64,000 nt of DNA, taken from contig NZ_SCVE01000018.1 of assembly GCF_004297105.1 (NCBI RefSeq), positions 12,668 to 76,667 of the forward strand, in the 5' to 3' direction. Position 1 is the first letter of the stretch, and each line of letters opens with the position of its first letter. Under the pieces are notes generated by a model. That model was not told the DNA's origin. It ran no database searches and saw only the letters and a list, made by a program, of their open reading frames with translations. Below are positions 27,726-36,216 of this stretch, piece after piece. Origin of the DNA: Herbiconiux sp. GTDB taxonomy: Bacteria; Actinomycetota; Actinomycetes; Actinomycetales; Microbacteriaceae. The position numbers and the translations under genes were made by a program.

Positions 27726-28727
27726 ATGGATCTGACAATTCTGTGGTTCTGTATCGTCGGCTTCTTGTTCGTGGGGTACTTCGTGCTCGATGGGTTCGAT
27801 TTCGGCGTGGGGATGTCGTTGCCGTTCCTCGGCAAAGACGACACCGACCGGCGGGTGCTGATCAACACGATCGGGCCGGTGTGGGATCTGAACGAGACCT
27901 GGGTGATCGTGGCCGGCGCGGCATTGTTCGCAGCATTCCCCGAGTGGTACGCGACCTTGTTCAGCGGCTTCTACCTCCCACTGCTGCTGATCCTCGCCGC
28001 CCTCATCCTCCGCGGCGTCTCGTTCGAGTACCGCCACCAACGCCCCGAAGCGGCGTGGAAGAAACGCTTCGACCGGATGATCGTGATCGGCTCGGCCGTA
28101 CCCGCGTTCCTCTGGGGAGTCGCGTTCGCGAACATCGTGCGCGGTGTCCCGCTGGATGCCGGCCACAACTACACCGGCACCCTGTTCGACCTGCTGAACC
28201 CCTACGCCCTCCTCGGCGGCCTCACGACACTGCTGCTGTTCTTCACCCACGGGGTCGTGTTCGTGTCCCTCAAGACCGACGGCGACATCCGCACCCGGGC
28301 CCGCACCCTGGCCGTGCGGTCGGGGGCGGTCACGATCGTGGTCGCGGCCTCGTTCCTGCTCTGGACCTCCCTGGCCTACGGAACTCTCGCATCGATGCTG
28401 CTCTCCGCCGGCGCCGCGGTCGCGTTGATCGCGTCGTTCGTCGCGAACCTCCGCGGCCGCGAAGGACTCGCGTTCGGCCTCATGGCCCTCACCATCGGGG
28501 TGGCGGTGCTGAGTTTGTTCTTCGCGCTGTTCCCCGACGTGATGCCCGCCTCCAACGACCCCGCGAACAGCCTCACCATCCAGAACGCGTCCTCCTCGCC
28601 CTACACTCTCTCGATCATGAGCTGGGTCGCGTTGATCGCCCTGCCCCTCATCCTCGCCTACCAAGGCTGGACCTACTGGGTCTTCCGCAAGCGCGTGACA
28701 CGCGCCCACATCGCGCAGAGCGCCTGA
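27726..28727 (+). CDS. cydB: cytochrome bd ubiquinol oxidase subunit II
   Basis: 333 aa. LWFCIVGFLFVGYFVLDGFDFGVGM, PVWDLNETW. Confidence 0.95.
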   Translation: MDLTILWFCIVGFLFVGYFVLDGFDFGVGMSLPFLGKDDTDRRVLINTIGPVWDLNETWVIVAGAALFAAFPEWYATLFSGFYLPLLLILAALILRGVSFEYRHQRPEAAWKKRFDRMIVIGSAVPAFLWGVAFANIVRGVPLDAGHNYTGTLFDLLNPYALLGGLTTLLLFFTHGVVFVSLKTDGDIRTRARTLAVRSGAVTIVVAASFLLWTSLAYGTLASMLLSAGAAVALIASFVANLRGREGLAFGLMALTIGVAVLSLFFALFPDVMPASNDPANSLTIQNASSSPYTLSIMSWVALIALPLILAYQGWTYWVFRKRVTRAHIAQSA

Positions 28728-28837
28728 TGAGTGCCGGCCAACAGACGGTAGATTCGAGGCAAGCCACCCGCCCCCGATTGGAAACGATGCCGACCACTCC
28801 CCGTCCGTCCGGCGAAGGTCGACGCACCTGGACCTCG

Positions 28838-29026
28838 ATGCACTTCTCCTACGCCGCGCTCGCCCTCAACGGGCTCGGGCTGGTGGTGCTGTTCGCCAAC
28901 CTCCTGAGCGGCAACTCCTGGTGGGAGACGGCCATCGCGATCGCTCTCGGCTGTTTCGCCCTGGGCGGCCTGTGCGCCCTCCGCGCGCGCATCCTGCGCA
29001 CCAGAGAACGACGCGTGGGCGGCTGA
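28838..29026 (+). CDS. small two-TM membrane protein downstream of cydB
   Basis: Tail of track ORF 27299..29026. From ATG 28838 (MHFSYAALALNGLGLVVLFANLL..WWETAIAIALGCFALGGLCAL) the third codon positions are GC-rich, as in neighbouring genes. The 37 codons upstream (from ATG 28727) are about one third A/T-ending, so I exclude them. The start is uncertain. Confidence 0.45.
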   Translation: MHFSYAALALNGLGLVVLFANLLSGNSWWETAIAIALGCFALGGLCALRARILRTRERRVGG

Positions 29027-29029
29027 GCC

Positions 29030-29380
29030 ATGGCCGGCGAAGTGCAGGACTACATCACGGGGCTCGGCGAGCCCGAGCGGTCGGTGATCGCCGAGATCTA
29101 TGCGCGCGCGTCGGAGCTGGTTCCCGATGCCGTCGAGGGGCTCTCATACGGAATGCCCTCGCTGCTCTACAAGGGCAAGGGGCTGATCTCGGTCATGAGC
29201 ACCAAGAAGCACATCGGCATCTACCCGTTCGGAGCACTCGGCGAGTACACCGCGGTGGCCGAGGGCGCGGGACTCGGAACCACGAAGGGCTCCATCCACC
29301 TCGGATCGGGTCAGCACCTCCCCGACGGACTGCTCGACCAGCTGATCCTGCGGAGAGTCCGTCAGCTCGACGAGAGCTGA
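29030..29380 (+). CDS. DUF1801 (YdhG-like) domain protein
   Basis: 116 aa. LSYGMPSLLYKGKGLISVMSTKKHIGIYPF is typical of DUF1801. Starts 3 nt after the small ORF. Confidence 0.75.
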   Translation: MAGEVQDYITGLGEPERSVIAEIYARASELVPDAVEGLSYGMPSLLYKGKGLISVMSTKKHIGIYPFGALGEYTAVAEGAGLGTTKGSIHLGSGQHLPDGLLDQLILRRVRQLDES

Positions 29381-29404
29381 CTCGCGCGATTCCTGCGATC
29401 GGAA

Positions 29405-30412
29405 TCATCGCCGGAGTGCGAGAGCCTGTCCGAGCGCATCGCCCGACTGCCACGCGGTGGCGACCGACGACCGTCCTCCCCAAGCATCCCCGCACACGCC
29501 GACCGTGCCGGACAGGGCGAAGGGTTGCGGATGCGGCGCGCTGGTGCGGGCGGAGGTCCAGCGGTGCGCGTGGGTCCAGTCAGGCCGGATGCCCGGATCG
29601 AGACCGAGCACCGCTCCGACTTCGGCGGTCACCGGATCGACCGCGCTCTCCGGGCGCTCGAGATGGTCGCGCGCGAAGCCGGCCGAGGTGTGCGCGACGA
29701 TCACCGCTGCGCCGTCTCCTCGGCGGTCTCCGTCGTCGGCCAGGAAGGTGAGCACGGAGGAGCCGTGCACGAACGCACCGTGGAGATCGGCCGGCCAGAG
29801 CACGCGCGGGTAGCCGAGCGCCACGGCCACCACGGGATCCCAGGCATCCGGGCGTAGCTGCGCGCGCGACGGTGAAGACGCACCCAGAAGCCGGGCGGCC
29901 TGGGGTTCCGGCATCGCGAGCACCACGGCGTCGTAGAACTCGCCGTCGACGGATCCGTCGTCGTCGACGTGCTCGACGGTGCGCCCAGTCTCGACCTCGA
30001 CACCCTCGGCGAGGTCGATCACGAGGGAGCGCAGACCGTGAGGGGCGGCATAGCGCAGGGTTCCGGCGGTCCGGTCGGCGCGGCGGGCCTCAGGATCCTC
30101 GATCGGATCGCGCCCGAGTACCGCGAACGACTCGGTCCAGGGTCGGGCCAGGCCCTTCTTCTCCCAGCCGGTCACCACCGCCGCGAACCCGGAGCCCTCG
30201 GGAACAGTGAAATACGAGGCCCCCAGATCGACGATGCGCCCGTGCAGGGTGCGTCCCGACATCCGGCCCCCGGGTCTGCGCCCGCGATCGACGACCCGCA
30301 CGCTCACGCCGGTGGCGAGGAGCGCTCTCGCACAGGCGAGTCCGGAGATCCCCGCGCCCACGACGAGCACCGACTTCCGGGGAGAGGACGCGCGATCGGG
30401 CGAGGAGGTCAC
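29405..30412 (-). CDS. NAD(P)/FAD-dependent oxidoreductase (COG3380 / renalase-like)
   Basis: VLVVGAGISGLACARAL...[14 protein letters not shown] dinucleotide-binding motif. C-terminal GVCGDAWGG. Confidence 0.8.
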   Translation of the reverse strand: MTSSPDRASSPRKSVLVVGAGISGLACARALLATGVSVRVVDRGRRPGGRMSGRTLHGRIVDLGASYFTVPEGSGFAAVVTGWEKKGLARPWTESFAVLGRDPIEDPEARRADRTAGTLRYAAPHGLRSLVIDLAEGVEVETGRTVEHVDDDGSVDGEFYDAVVLAMPEPQAARLLGASSPSRAQLRPDAWDPVVAVALGYPRVLWPADLHGAFVHGSSVLTFLADDGDRRGDGAAVIVAHTSAGFARDHLERPESAVDPVTAEVGAVLGLDPGIRPDWTHAHRWTSARTSAPHPQPFALSGTVGVCGDAWGGRSSVATAWQSGDALGQALALRR

Positions 30413-30482
30413 CGTCTCATCCTGCCCCGCTTTCGCGAGCGCCGCGCCCGATCGCGGCCATCGTGCCCGTTCGCTCGAACAC

Positions 30483-32495
30483 CTACCGGCGGGAACGGCG
30501 CACGAAGATCTGCCGCACCACGCGGAGCAGACCGAGGAACCCGAAGAAGCCGATCAGAGCTCCCAGAAGGTCGAAGAGCCGCAGGCCGGTCGCCAGTTCC
30601 GGACTCGTGTCGGTGACGAGGAGCACGACGGCCACCACCACGGCGGCGATGGAGATCAGCGTTCCCACGATCTCCGATGTGATCTCCCGAAGGAACCGTT
30701 GACCGGACTCGTCGCGGAACGCCCGCAGCGTGATTCCCACAGATCCCTTTTCGAGGCCCGACAGCAGCGTGTCCAGTCGTCGGGGCAGACCGCGCACCAG
30801 GGAGGCGGTCACGGCCGCCTGCGCCTGGGCGCTCGTGGCCACCTGCTTGGCCGAGACCATGTGCCGCAGCACCCGGGGAACCACCGGAATCGCCCGCTCG
30901 ACCAGATCGAAGTCGGGCACGATCACCGTGAGACACCCCTCCAGAGTGGCGAAACTGCGAAAGGCCGACGCGAGATCCGCCGGGAGGGCGATGCGATGGT
31001 GACGGATGACGTCGACCACACGGGTGAAGATCGAACCGTCACCCGACGGGAGGTGCCGCTGCGAGGTCAGGACGACCCCGATGTCGTGGCGGAAGGCGTC
31101 GAGGTCGACATCGTCCGGAACGTCGACGATGAGCAGCAGGGCGTCGGTCGCCGCGACATCGTCTTCGCTCGTCGCGGCCAGCATCACTGCGGCCAGGTGC
31201 TGGCGCTGGCTGCGCTCGATGACGCCGACGGCGCCGAAGTCGATCAGACCGAGCGAACCGTCCTCGCGCAGGATGACGTTGCCCGGGTGGAGGTCCGCGT
31301 GGAACACGCCGTGCACGAGGATCTGCTCGATCACGGTCGTCATGAGCGAGACGGCCAGGTGCTCGCGCGCCCCGGCCGTCAGATCGCTCAGTCGCGACGC
31401 GGCGCGGCTCAGTGGAACTCCGTCGATGAGGTCCATCGTCAGCATCCGTGGCCCGGACGCCTCGCGATGGATCTGCGGAACCGCGATCGGGATGCTCCGC
31501 CCGTGGTCGTCCTCCGCGATGAGAGCGAGCACGCTTCGGATCATCTCCGTGTTCGATGCCTCGATCCCGTAGTCGAGCTCGTCGAGGAGCGTGGTCGTGA
31601 ATCCCTTGGCCATGTTCTCGAGCCTCAGATCGTGACCGGCCCGCGTGCGCGATTCCGCGCGGTGCGCCAGACGCAGGATGATGTCGACATCGGCTTCGAC
31701 CTGCGCCCGCGCGGCGGGCCGCTGGATCTTCACGACCACCGCAGTGCCGTCGTTCAGCACGCCCGCGTGAACCTGGGCCACGGATGCGGCGGCCAGCGGC
31801 TCCGGGTCGATCGACCTGAAGACGGTCTCGAGTGGAGCCCCGATGCTCTCCTCGATGAGTGGCCGCACCGTCTCCCACGGCAGGGTGCTCGCGCCCGACT
31901 GCAAGGGGGCCAAGGCCCCGAGATACGGCTCCGGAATCAGATCTCGCCGCGTCGAGAGCACTTGGCCGAGCTTGACGAAGCTGACACCGGACTCGTTGAT
32001 GGTCGAGACGATGGCCTGCGCCCGCTGCGCGCTCGTGCTGAGGTCGCCGGCGTCTCCCGACCGGCCGTGGAACAGCCAGCCGGCGCCGTGCCTCGACGCG
32101 ATGGAGAGGATCTGGAAGTAACGCCGGGTGCGCCGACGCTGCCGCACCGCGGCTCGCACCACGGCGACGGGACTCCTCAGCGGCCGGGTGGGGAAGAGCG
32201 CCTCGAGGGCGACCAGCACGGCAAGCCCGAGCGCGAACACCCAGGCCACCGAAAGCACCAGGACCGCGAGCACGATCAGCGCGTGCCGGGTGCCGGAGAC
32301 GGTGCCGTCGTCGAGGAGTCCGGTCTGATCGACGACCCAGGAGGCGAAGGGCAACCCCGACACGAAGACGAGCAACCCCACGACGATGCTTCGGGGCCAG
32401 CCGACGGGTGTGTCGAGGATGCGCCGCGCGACGAATCCCACGAGCGCCGCCGAGATCACGGCGAGCAGCACGGTCGCGACATCCGTCAGCATCAC
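30483..32495 (-). CDS. ABC1/UbiB-family atypical kinase with N- and C-terminal TM segments
   Basis: 670 aa (GTG 32495, or ATG 32492). FVKLGQVLSTRRDLIPEPY, PLAAASVAQVHAG.L.DG..VVVKIQRP, ELDY..E, HADLHPGNV, IDFGAVG. The start is 3 nt after the stop of the upstream DUF2156 gene. Confidence 0.9.
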   Translation of the reverse strand: MMLTDVATVLLAVISAALVGFVARRILDTPVGWPRSIVVGLLVFVSGLPFASWVVDQTGLLDDGTVSGTRHALIVLAVLVLSVAWVFALGLAVLVALEALFPTRPLRSPVAVVRAAVRQRRRTRRYFQILSIASRHGAGWLFHGRSGDAGDLSTSAQRAQAIVSTINESGVSFVKLGQVLSTRRDLIPEPYLGALAPLQSGASTLPWETVRPLIEESIGAPLETVFRSIDPEPLAAASVAQVHAGVLNDGTAVVVKIQRPAARAQVEADVDIILRLAHRAESRTRAGHDLRLENMAKGFTTTLLDELDYGIEASNTEMIRSVLALIAEDDHGRSIPIAVPQIHREASGPRMLTMDLIDGVPLSRAASRLSDLTAGAREHLAVSLMTTVIEQILVHGVFHADLHPGNVILREDGSLGLIDFGAVGVIERSQRQHLAAVMLAATSEDDVAATDALLLIVDVPDDVDLDAFRHDIGVVLTSQRHLPSGDGSIFTRVVDVIRHHRIALPADLASAFRSFATLEGCLTVIVPDFDLVERAIPVVPRVLRHMVSAKQVATSAQAQAAVTASLVRGLPRRLDTLLSGLEKGSVGITLRAFRDESGQRFLREITSEIVGTLISIAAVVVAVVLLVTDTSPELATGLRLFDLLGALIGFFGFLGLLRVVRQIFVRRSRR

Positions 32496-32498
32496 GGC

Positions 32499-34574
32499 TC
32501 AGTCTCGCCGGAGCATGTCGATGCCCGCGCCCGCGAACTGCCGGAGCGTCGCATCCGGCAGGAAGGCACGGGTGATCGCCGCGCCGATGCGTGTGAGGTC
32601 GCCTTCGTCACGATAGAGCAGGTAGATCGGCTCGGATCGCGGATTGAATTTCTGCTTGAACGTGTGGAGTGATGAGAACCCGTAGACCGGTTCGAGGATG
32701 CCGCTGAGCTGGCCGAGGAGATGCGCGATGCGCCCCTCGTCGTCGGCAGCCACGTGCGCGAGCGGAGCGCCCGACAGCGAGAGGATCGCGGCACCCTCGT
32801 CGGCGAACACGCGCGCGGACGAGCCGATCAGGAATTCCATGACCGACCCGAACCCGCCGTCGCGGCGCCGCATGAGATCGAGTGTCCAGCCGTGGTGCTC
32901 GCCCTGCGGGCCGAACATCGGCAGCCAGCTGAGAAAGCCATCGACGTCGCCCGCCGGCGACACAGCGAGTGCCAACCGCACCTCGGGGTCGTCGGCTTCC
33001 TGCAACGTACCGAGCGTGAAGCGCATCTCGGGAAGGTCTTTCTCCCCCACCCAGCCCTCCGAGATGGCTCGGAGCTGCTGGCGCACACCCCAGCTCTCGC
33101 TCGCGAAGGTGGTGAGCCGGAACGTCATGCCCTCGCGCTCGGCCTTGTTGAGCGCCGTGCGGATACTCGCCCACGCCTTTCCCGTGAAGGCCAACCCGGG
33201 AAGGTCGACGATGGTGTCGTCGGCGATGATGAGCTCGCGCCAGCCGTCCGGCAGGGCGTCCCTCGTGCGGGCGCTCGAGCTGAAGAAGCAGGGAACCAGC
33301 GAATCGCGCTCAGCCGCCTGCACGAACTCCGCGACACTGACGTGCGTCGCCTCCGGTGGTCCGAGCGGATCAGCCAGCACGATGGCGACTCCCGCGTGCT
33401 TCTGGTACGGCACCAACCCTCTCGAGGTGCGGTAGTACTCCATGCCCTCCCAGGTCGCCATCCACGACAGGGTGCCGCCGCCTTCCGCTTTGATGATCGC
33501 GCGCGCGTCGTCCGCCGTCGGCAGGGCACCCGCTGCAGAGTCCTCGCTGCGGCCCGACCCCACGACTCCGAGCGGCCGCCGGCGATGCGCGCGGAAGGCG
33601 TGCCGGGTGGCGACGAGATACACGAGGAATGCGAGCCAGAGAACGGATGTCGCCACGGTCACGTCGGCGTCGCCCCACGTCAAGGGCAGCTCGACGGGGT
33701 CGAGCTGCGAAAGTGCGACGTAGAGCACGGCGACTGTCACGTTGACCCCGGCCCAGATGACGCTCAGGGTCCAGGCCCAGCGCTGCCCGAGGCGGAGCCC
33801 GTTCGTCACCGACAGGATCACCACGGTGTCGATCAGCACCTCGATCCACGGGCCGTCGGCCGCGGCGGTGGGCCCGAACGGCCCGTCCGTGGGAACGAGG
33901 AGTGTGACGATCTGGATGACGCCGAGCGCGAGACTGGCGGCGAAGGCGAGCAGCCGACGCTCCCGGATGCTGGCGCGCTGCACGCGGAAGGAGCGGTCGA
34001 CCGCCAGGACCGCGACCACCGCGAACGCGTGCTCGAGGTCGGCCAGGGTGCCGAGGAAGAGCAGGCCGATCGCGGCGTAGCCGACCACAATGATCCAGCC
34101 CCGCTGTCTCCAGGGTGAGGCGAAGAGGGAGACACACGCCGCGAAGCATGCCATCGTGCCCCCGGATGCTCCGACGTCGAGCTGGCCGGCGAGGTTCACC
34201 GCCCACGGCCACGGCAGCTGGCCGGCAGCCCAGAGGAACGCGGCCGTCGCGAGCACCGCGACGAGCTGGCCGGCGCCGAAGTAGGCCAGGGCGACTCGCG
34301 ATCCACGTCGCCACTCGAGCAGGCCCATCCAGAAGAAGCCGACGATGGCGAAGACATAGCCCACCGGATGCGCCACGAAGAAGGTGCCGGTGAGGGGAGT
34401 CCACCACCGACCGTCCTGGAACGCCGGCAGACCGAAGGCCACCTGCTCCCACCAGGGCTGATCGATCGTCGCCGACCAGAGCCCCTGACCGACGAGGCCT
34501 ACGACGAGCACCACCGCCACGACGGTGAGAGTGGCGGGGAGGCGTGAGACCGCGCGGCCGACGATGCGCTTCAT
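32499..34574 (-). CDS. polytopic membrane protein: rhomboid-like N-terminal module fused to an MprF-type aminoacyl-lipid synthase C-terminal domain (DUF2156)
   Basis: Met7 of track ORF 32499..34592. ATGA overlap with the aspD stop. N-terminus: RWWTPLTGTFFVAHP...GLLEWRRGSR...VGASGGTMACFA...LEHAFAVV, following the rhomboid WR..T..F.H / G.SG / H layout. After four more TM helices: GGTLSWMATWEGMEYYRT..GLVPYQKHAGVAIVLADPLG...GKAWASIRTALNKAEREG...GWTLDLMRR, which is DUF2156/LPG-synthase_C-like. Confidence 0.75.
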   Translation of the reverse strand: MKRIVGRAVSRLPATLTVVAVVLVVGLVGQGLWSATIDQPWWEQVAFGLPAFQDGRWWTPLTGTFFVAHPVGYVFAIVGFFWMGLLEWRRGSRVALAYFGAGQLVAVLATAAFLWAAGQLPWPWAVNLAGQLDVGASGGTMACFAACVSLFASPWRQRGWIIVVGYAAIGLLFLGTLADLEHAFAVVAVLAVDRSFRVQRASIRERRLLAFAASLALGVIQIVTLLVPTDGPFGPTAAADGPWIEVLIDTVVILSVTNGLRLGQRWAWTLSVIWAGVNVTVAVLYVALSQLDPVELPLTWGDADVTVATSVLWLAFLVYLVATRHAFRAHRRRPLGVVGSGRSEDSAAGALPTADDARAIIKAEGGGTLSWMATWEGMEYYRTSRGLVPYQKHAGVAIVLADPLGPPEATHVSVAEFVQAAERDSLVPCFFSSSARTRDALPDGWRELIIADDTIVDLPGLAFTGKAWASIRTALNKAEREGMTFRLTTFASESWGVRQQLRAISEGWVGEKDLPEMRFTLGTLQEADDPEVRLALAVSPAGDVDGFLSWLPMFGPQGEHHGWTLDLMRRRDGGFGSVMEFLIGSSARVFADEGAAILSLSGAPLAHVAADDEGRIAHLLGQLSGILEPVYGFSSLHTFKQKFNPRSEPIYLLYRDEGDLTRIGAAITRAFLPDATLRQFAGAGIDMLRRD

Positions 34575-36202
34575 CCTCTGGTCGTCTCCCATTCTTCGAC
34601 GTACTGCAGGGCGACAGCGCGCAGGCTTCTGCCGATGTGAGCGTAATCAACGTCGCGGAGGTTCGCCAGCGAGATGCGGATCGACCATTGCGGGCCTTCG
34701 AAGCCACCGCCGTTCAGGAGGATGATCCCTGTCTGTTCGGCGAGCCGGAACAGGATGTCGGTCGGCTCGTAGTTCGCCTCGAGGAATTGCGCGAATTCCG
34801 GCTCCCAGTGGCGGCGGGCGTAGCCCAGCAGATCGAGCTCGACGTAGTAGCCCACCCGGTTCGGGTCCTCGGGGAACTCGACTCCCATGCCCGCCGTCAA
34901 CATGGCGAGCCGCCGGCGGATGAGTGCTTGCACGGCGCGCCGGTAGTCCGACTCGGTATCGAGCACGCAATAGGCGGAGAAGAGGAGCATCATGCACTGC
35001 TGCGGCAGGGAGAGACCCGCGGTGTGGTTGAGGGCCACGGAGCGGCTATCGGCGACGAGACGGTCGATGAAGCGGATGTGTCGAGGCGCGAGGGAGAGTG
35101 TGCCGTAACGCTCATCGAGCTCGGCCTTGTCGTGCTCGGGCAGGGCGGCGATCGCGTCGTCGATGATGTTGTCCGAGCTGAGCGCGATGGCACCGAGCCG
35201 CCATCCGGTTGCGCCGAAGTACTTGGAATAGGAGTACACCCCGATGGTGTTGCGCGGCAGTTCCGCGAGGAGTGAACGGAAACCGTCGATGAACGTGCAG
35301 TACACGTCATCCGTGATGATCGTCAGGCCCGGATTGTGGTGACGCACGACGTCGGAGATCTGCTGGATCGTGGAATCGGCGATGCGCACCGACGGGGGGT
35401 TCGACGGATTGACCACGAAGACGGCTCTGACGGAGGGATCGCGGAGCCGGTCGATCTCGCTGGTGGGGTACTGCCAGAGGTTCACCCCCCGCTCGTCCAC
35501 CTCGCTGGCGGCGAGGTGGACGACGTCGAAGTCGTAGTCGGAGAGGCGCGGTATCTCGAGGTAGGGCGTGAAGATCGGCGTCATGATCGCGATGCGATCG
35601 CCCCTGCGGAGCACCTTGTTCGTGATCAGCGAGTCGAAGATGTAGCAGATGGCGGCGGTGCCGCCTTCGACGGCGAACAGATCGAACGGTGTCGACGGCT
35701 CGACTCCGGCACACAGCTCCTGCACGAGATAGCGGTGCGTGATCGCCTCGGCGTGAGCGAGCATCCGGTCGGGATCCGGGTAGTGGTCTCCGATGACCGA
35801 GTCGGCGAGCTCCCACACGAACGAGTCGGGTTCGAACCCGAGCTGATCGATGCCGTAGTCGAGCACGCGGCGCAGCAGCGCCGACCCCGGCACGTCGTCA
35901 TTGTGTTCGAGCCACTCGGCGAAACGCTCGGCGATGCCGTCCTTCTCCGGCACCCCGATGAGATCCGGATGCCACTCCCGGTTCTCACGACTGACCGTGA
36001 GCGCGAATCGGCCGAGGGCGAAGAACGCCTCACGCGGTGCGGATGCGATGAAGTTCGGATTGCCGCGCCCGGCGTTGAGCATCTGGAACGCCGTGCGCGA
36101 CTCGTGTTCGCCGGCGATGCGCTTCAGCTCCGCCTTGAGCTCGAACGGGGAAAGGGTCTGCAACCTCACGATCTCGTCGCGCGAGAGACGGGAAATCGGC
36201 AC
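34571..36202 (-). CDS. aspD: aspartate 4-decarboxylase (bifunctional aspartate aminotransferase/beta-decarboxylase)
   Basis: GTG 36202 (Val143 of track ORF 34571..36628) behind a GGAGGAG Shine-Dalgarno. LSPFELKAELKRIA, MLNAGRGNPNFIA, PLP-lysine block YSYSKYFGATGWRLG. About 543 aa, as expected for AsdA/AspD. Confidence 0.85.
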   Translation of the reverse strand: MPISRLSRDEIVRLQTLSPFELKAELKRIAGEHESRTAFQMLNAGRGNPNFIASAPREAFFALGRFALTVSRENREWHPDLIGVPEKDGIAERFAEWLEHNDDVPGSALLRRVLDYGIDQLGFEPDSFVWELADSVIGDHYPDPDRMLAHAEAITHRYLVQELCAGVEPSTPFDLFAVEGGTAAICYIFDSLITNKVLRRGDRIAIMTPIFTPYLEIPRLSDYDFDVVHLAASEVDERGVNLWQYPTSEIDRLRDPSVRAVFVVNPSNPPSVRIADSTIQQISDVVRHHNPGLTIITDDVYCTFIDGFRSLLAELPRNTIGVYSYSKYFGATGWRLGAIALSSDNIIDDAIAALPEHDKAELDERYGTLSLAPRHIRFIDRLVADSRSVALNHTAGLSLPQQCMMLLFSAYCVLDTESDYRRAVQALIRRRLAMLTAGMGVEFPEDPNRVGYYVELDLLGYARRHWEPEFAQFLEANYEPTDILFRLAEQTGIILLNGGGFEGPQWSIRISLANLRDVDYAHIGRSLRAVALQYVEEWETTRG

Positions 36203-36216
36203 GTGAACTCCTCCGG

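Noticed and set aside
25833-28709. 958-aa minus-strand ORF, the longest 'hypothetical' in the window.
   Set aside because: It lies entirely antisense to cydA and cydB, which have unmistakable family motifs. Its translation is Arg/Gly/Asp/His/Glu-rich low complexity, typical of shadow ORFs in ~70% GC DNA.
28727-28837. ATG overlapping the cydB stop as the start of a 99-aa protein.
   Set aside because: About one third of the first 36 codons end in A/T, unlike neighbouring genes, and they encode a hydrophilic non-conserved-looking leader. I kept only the GC3-rich two-TM part, at low confidence.
30207-32672. 821-aa plus-strand ORF.
   Set aside because: It is antisense to the UbiB/ABC1 kinase gene, with Arg/Asp/Gly/His-rich composition and no motifs. 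Shadow ORF.
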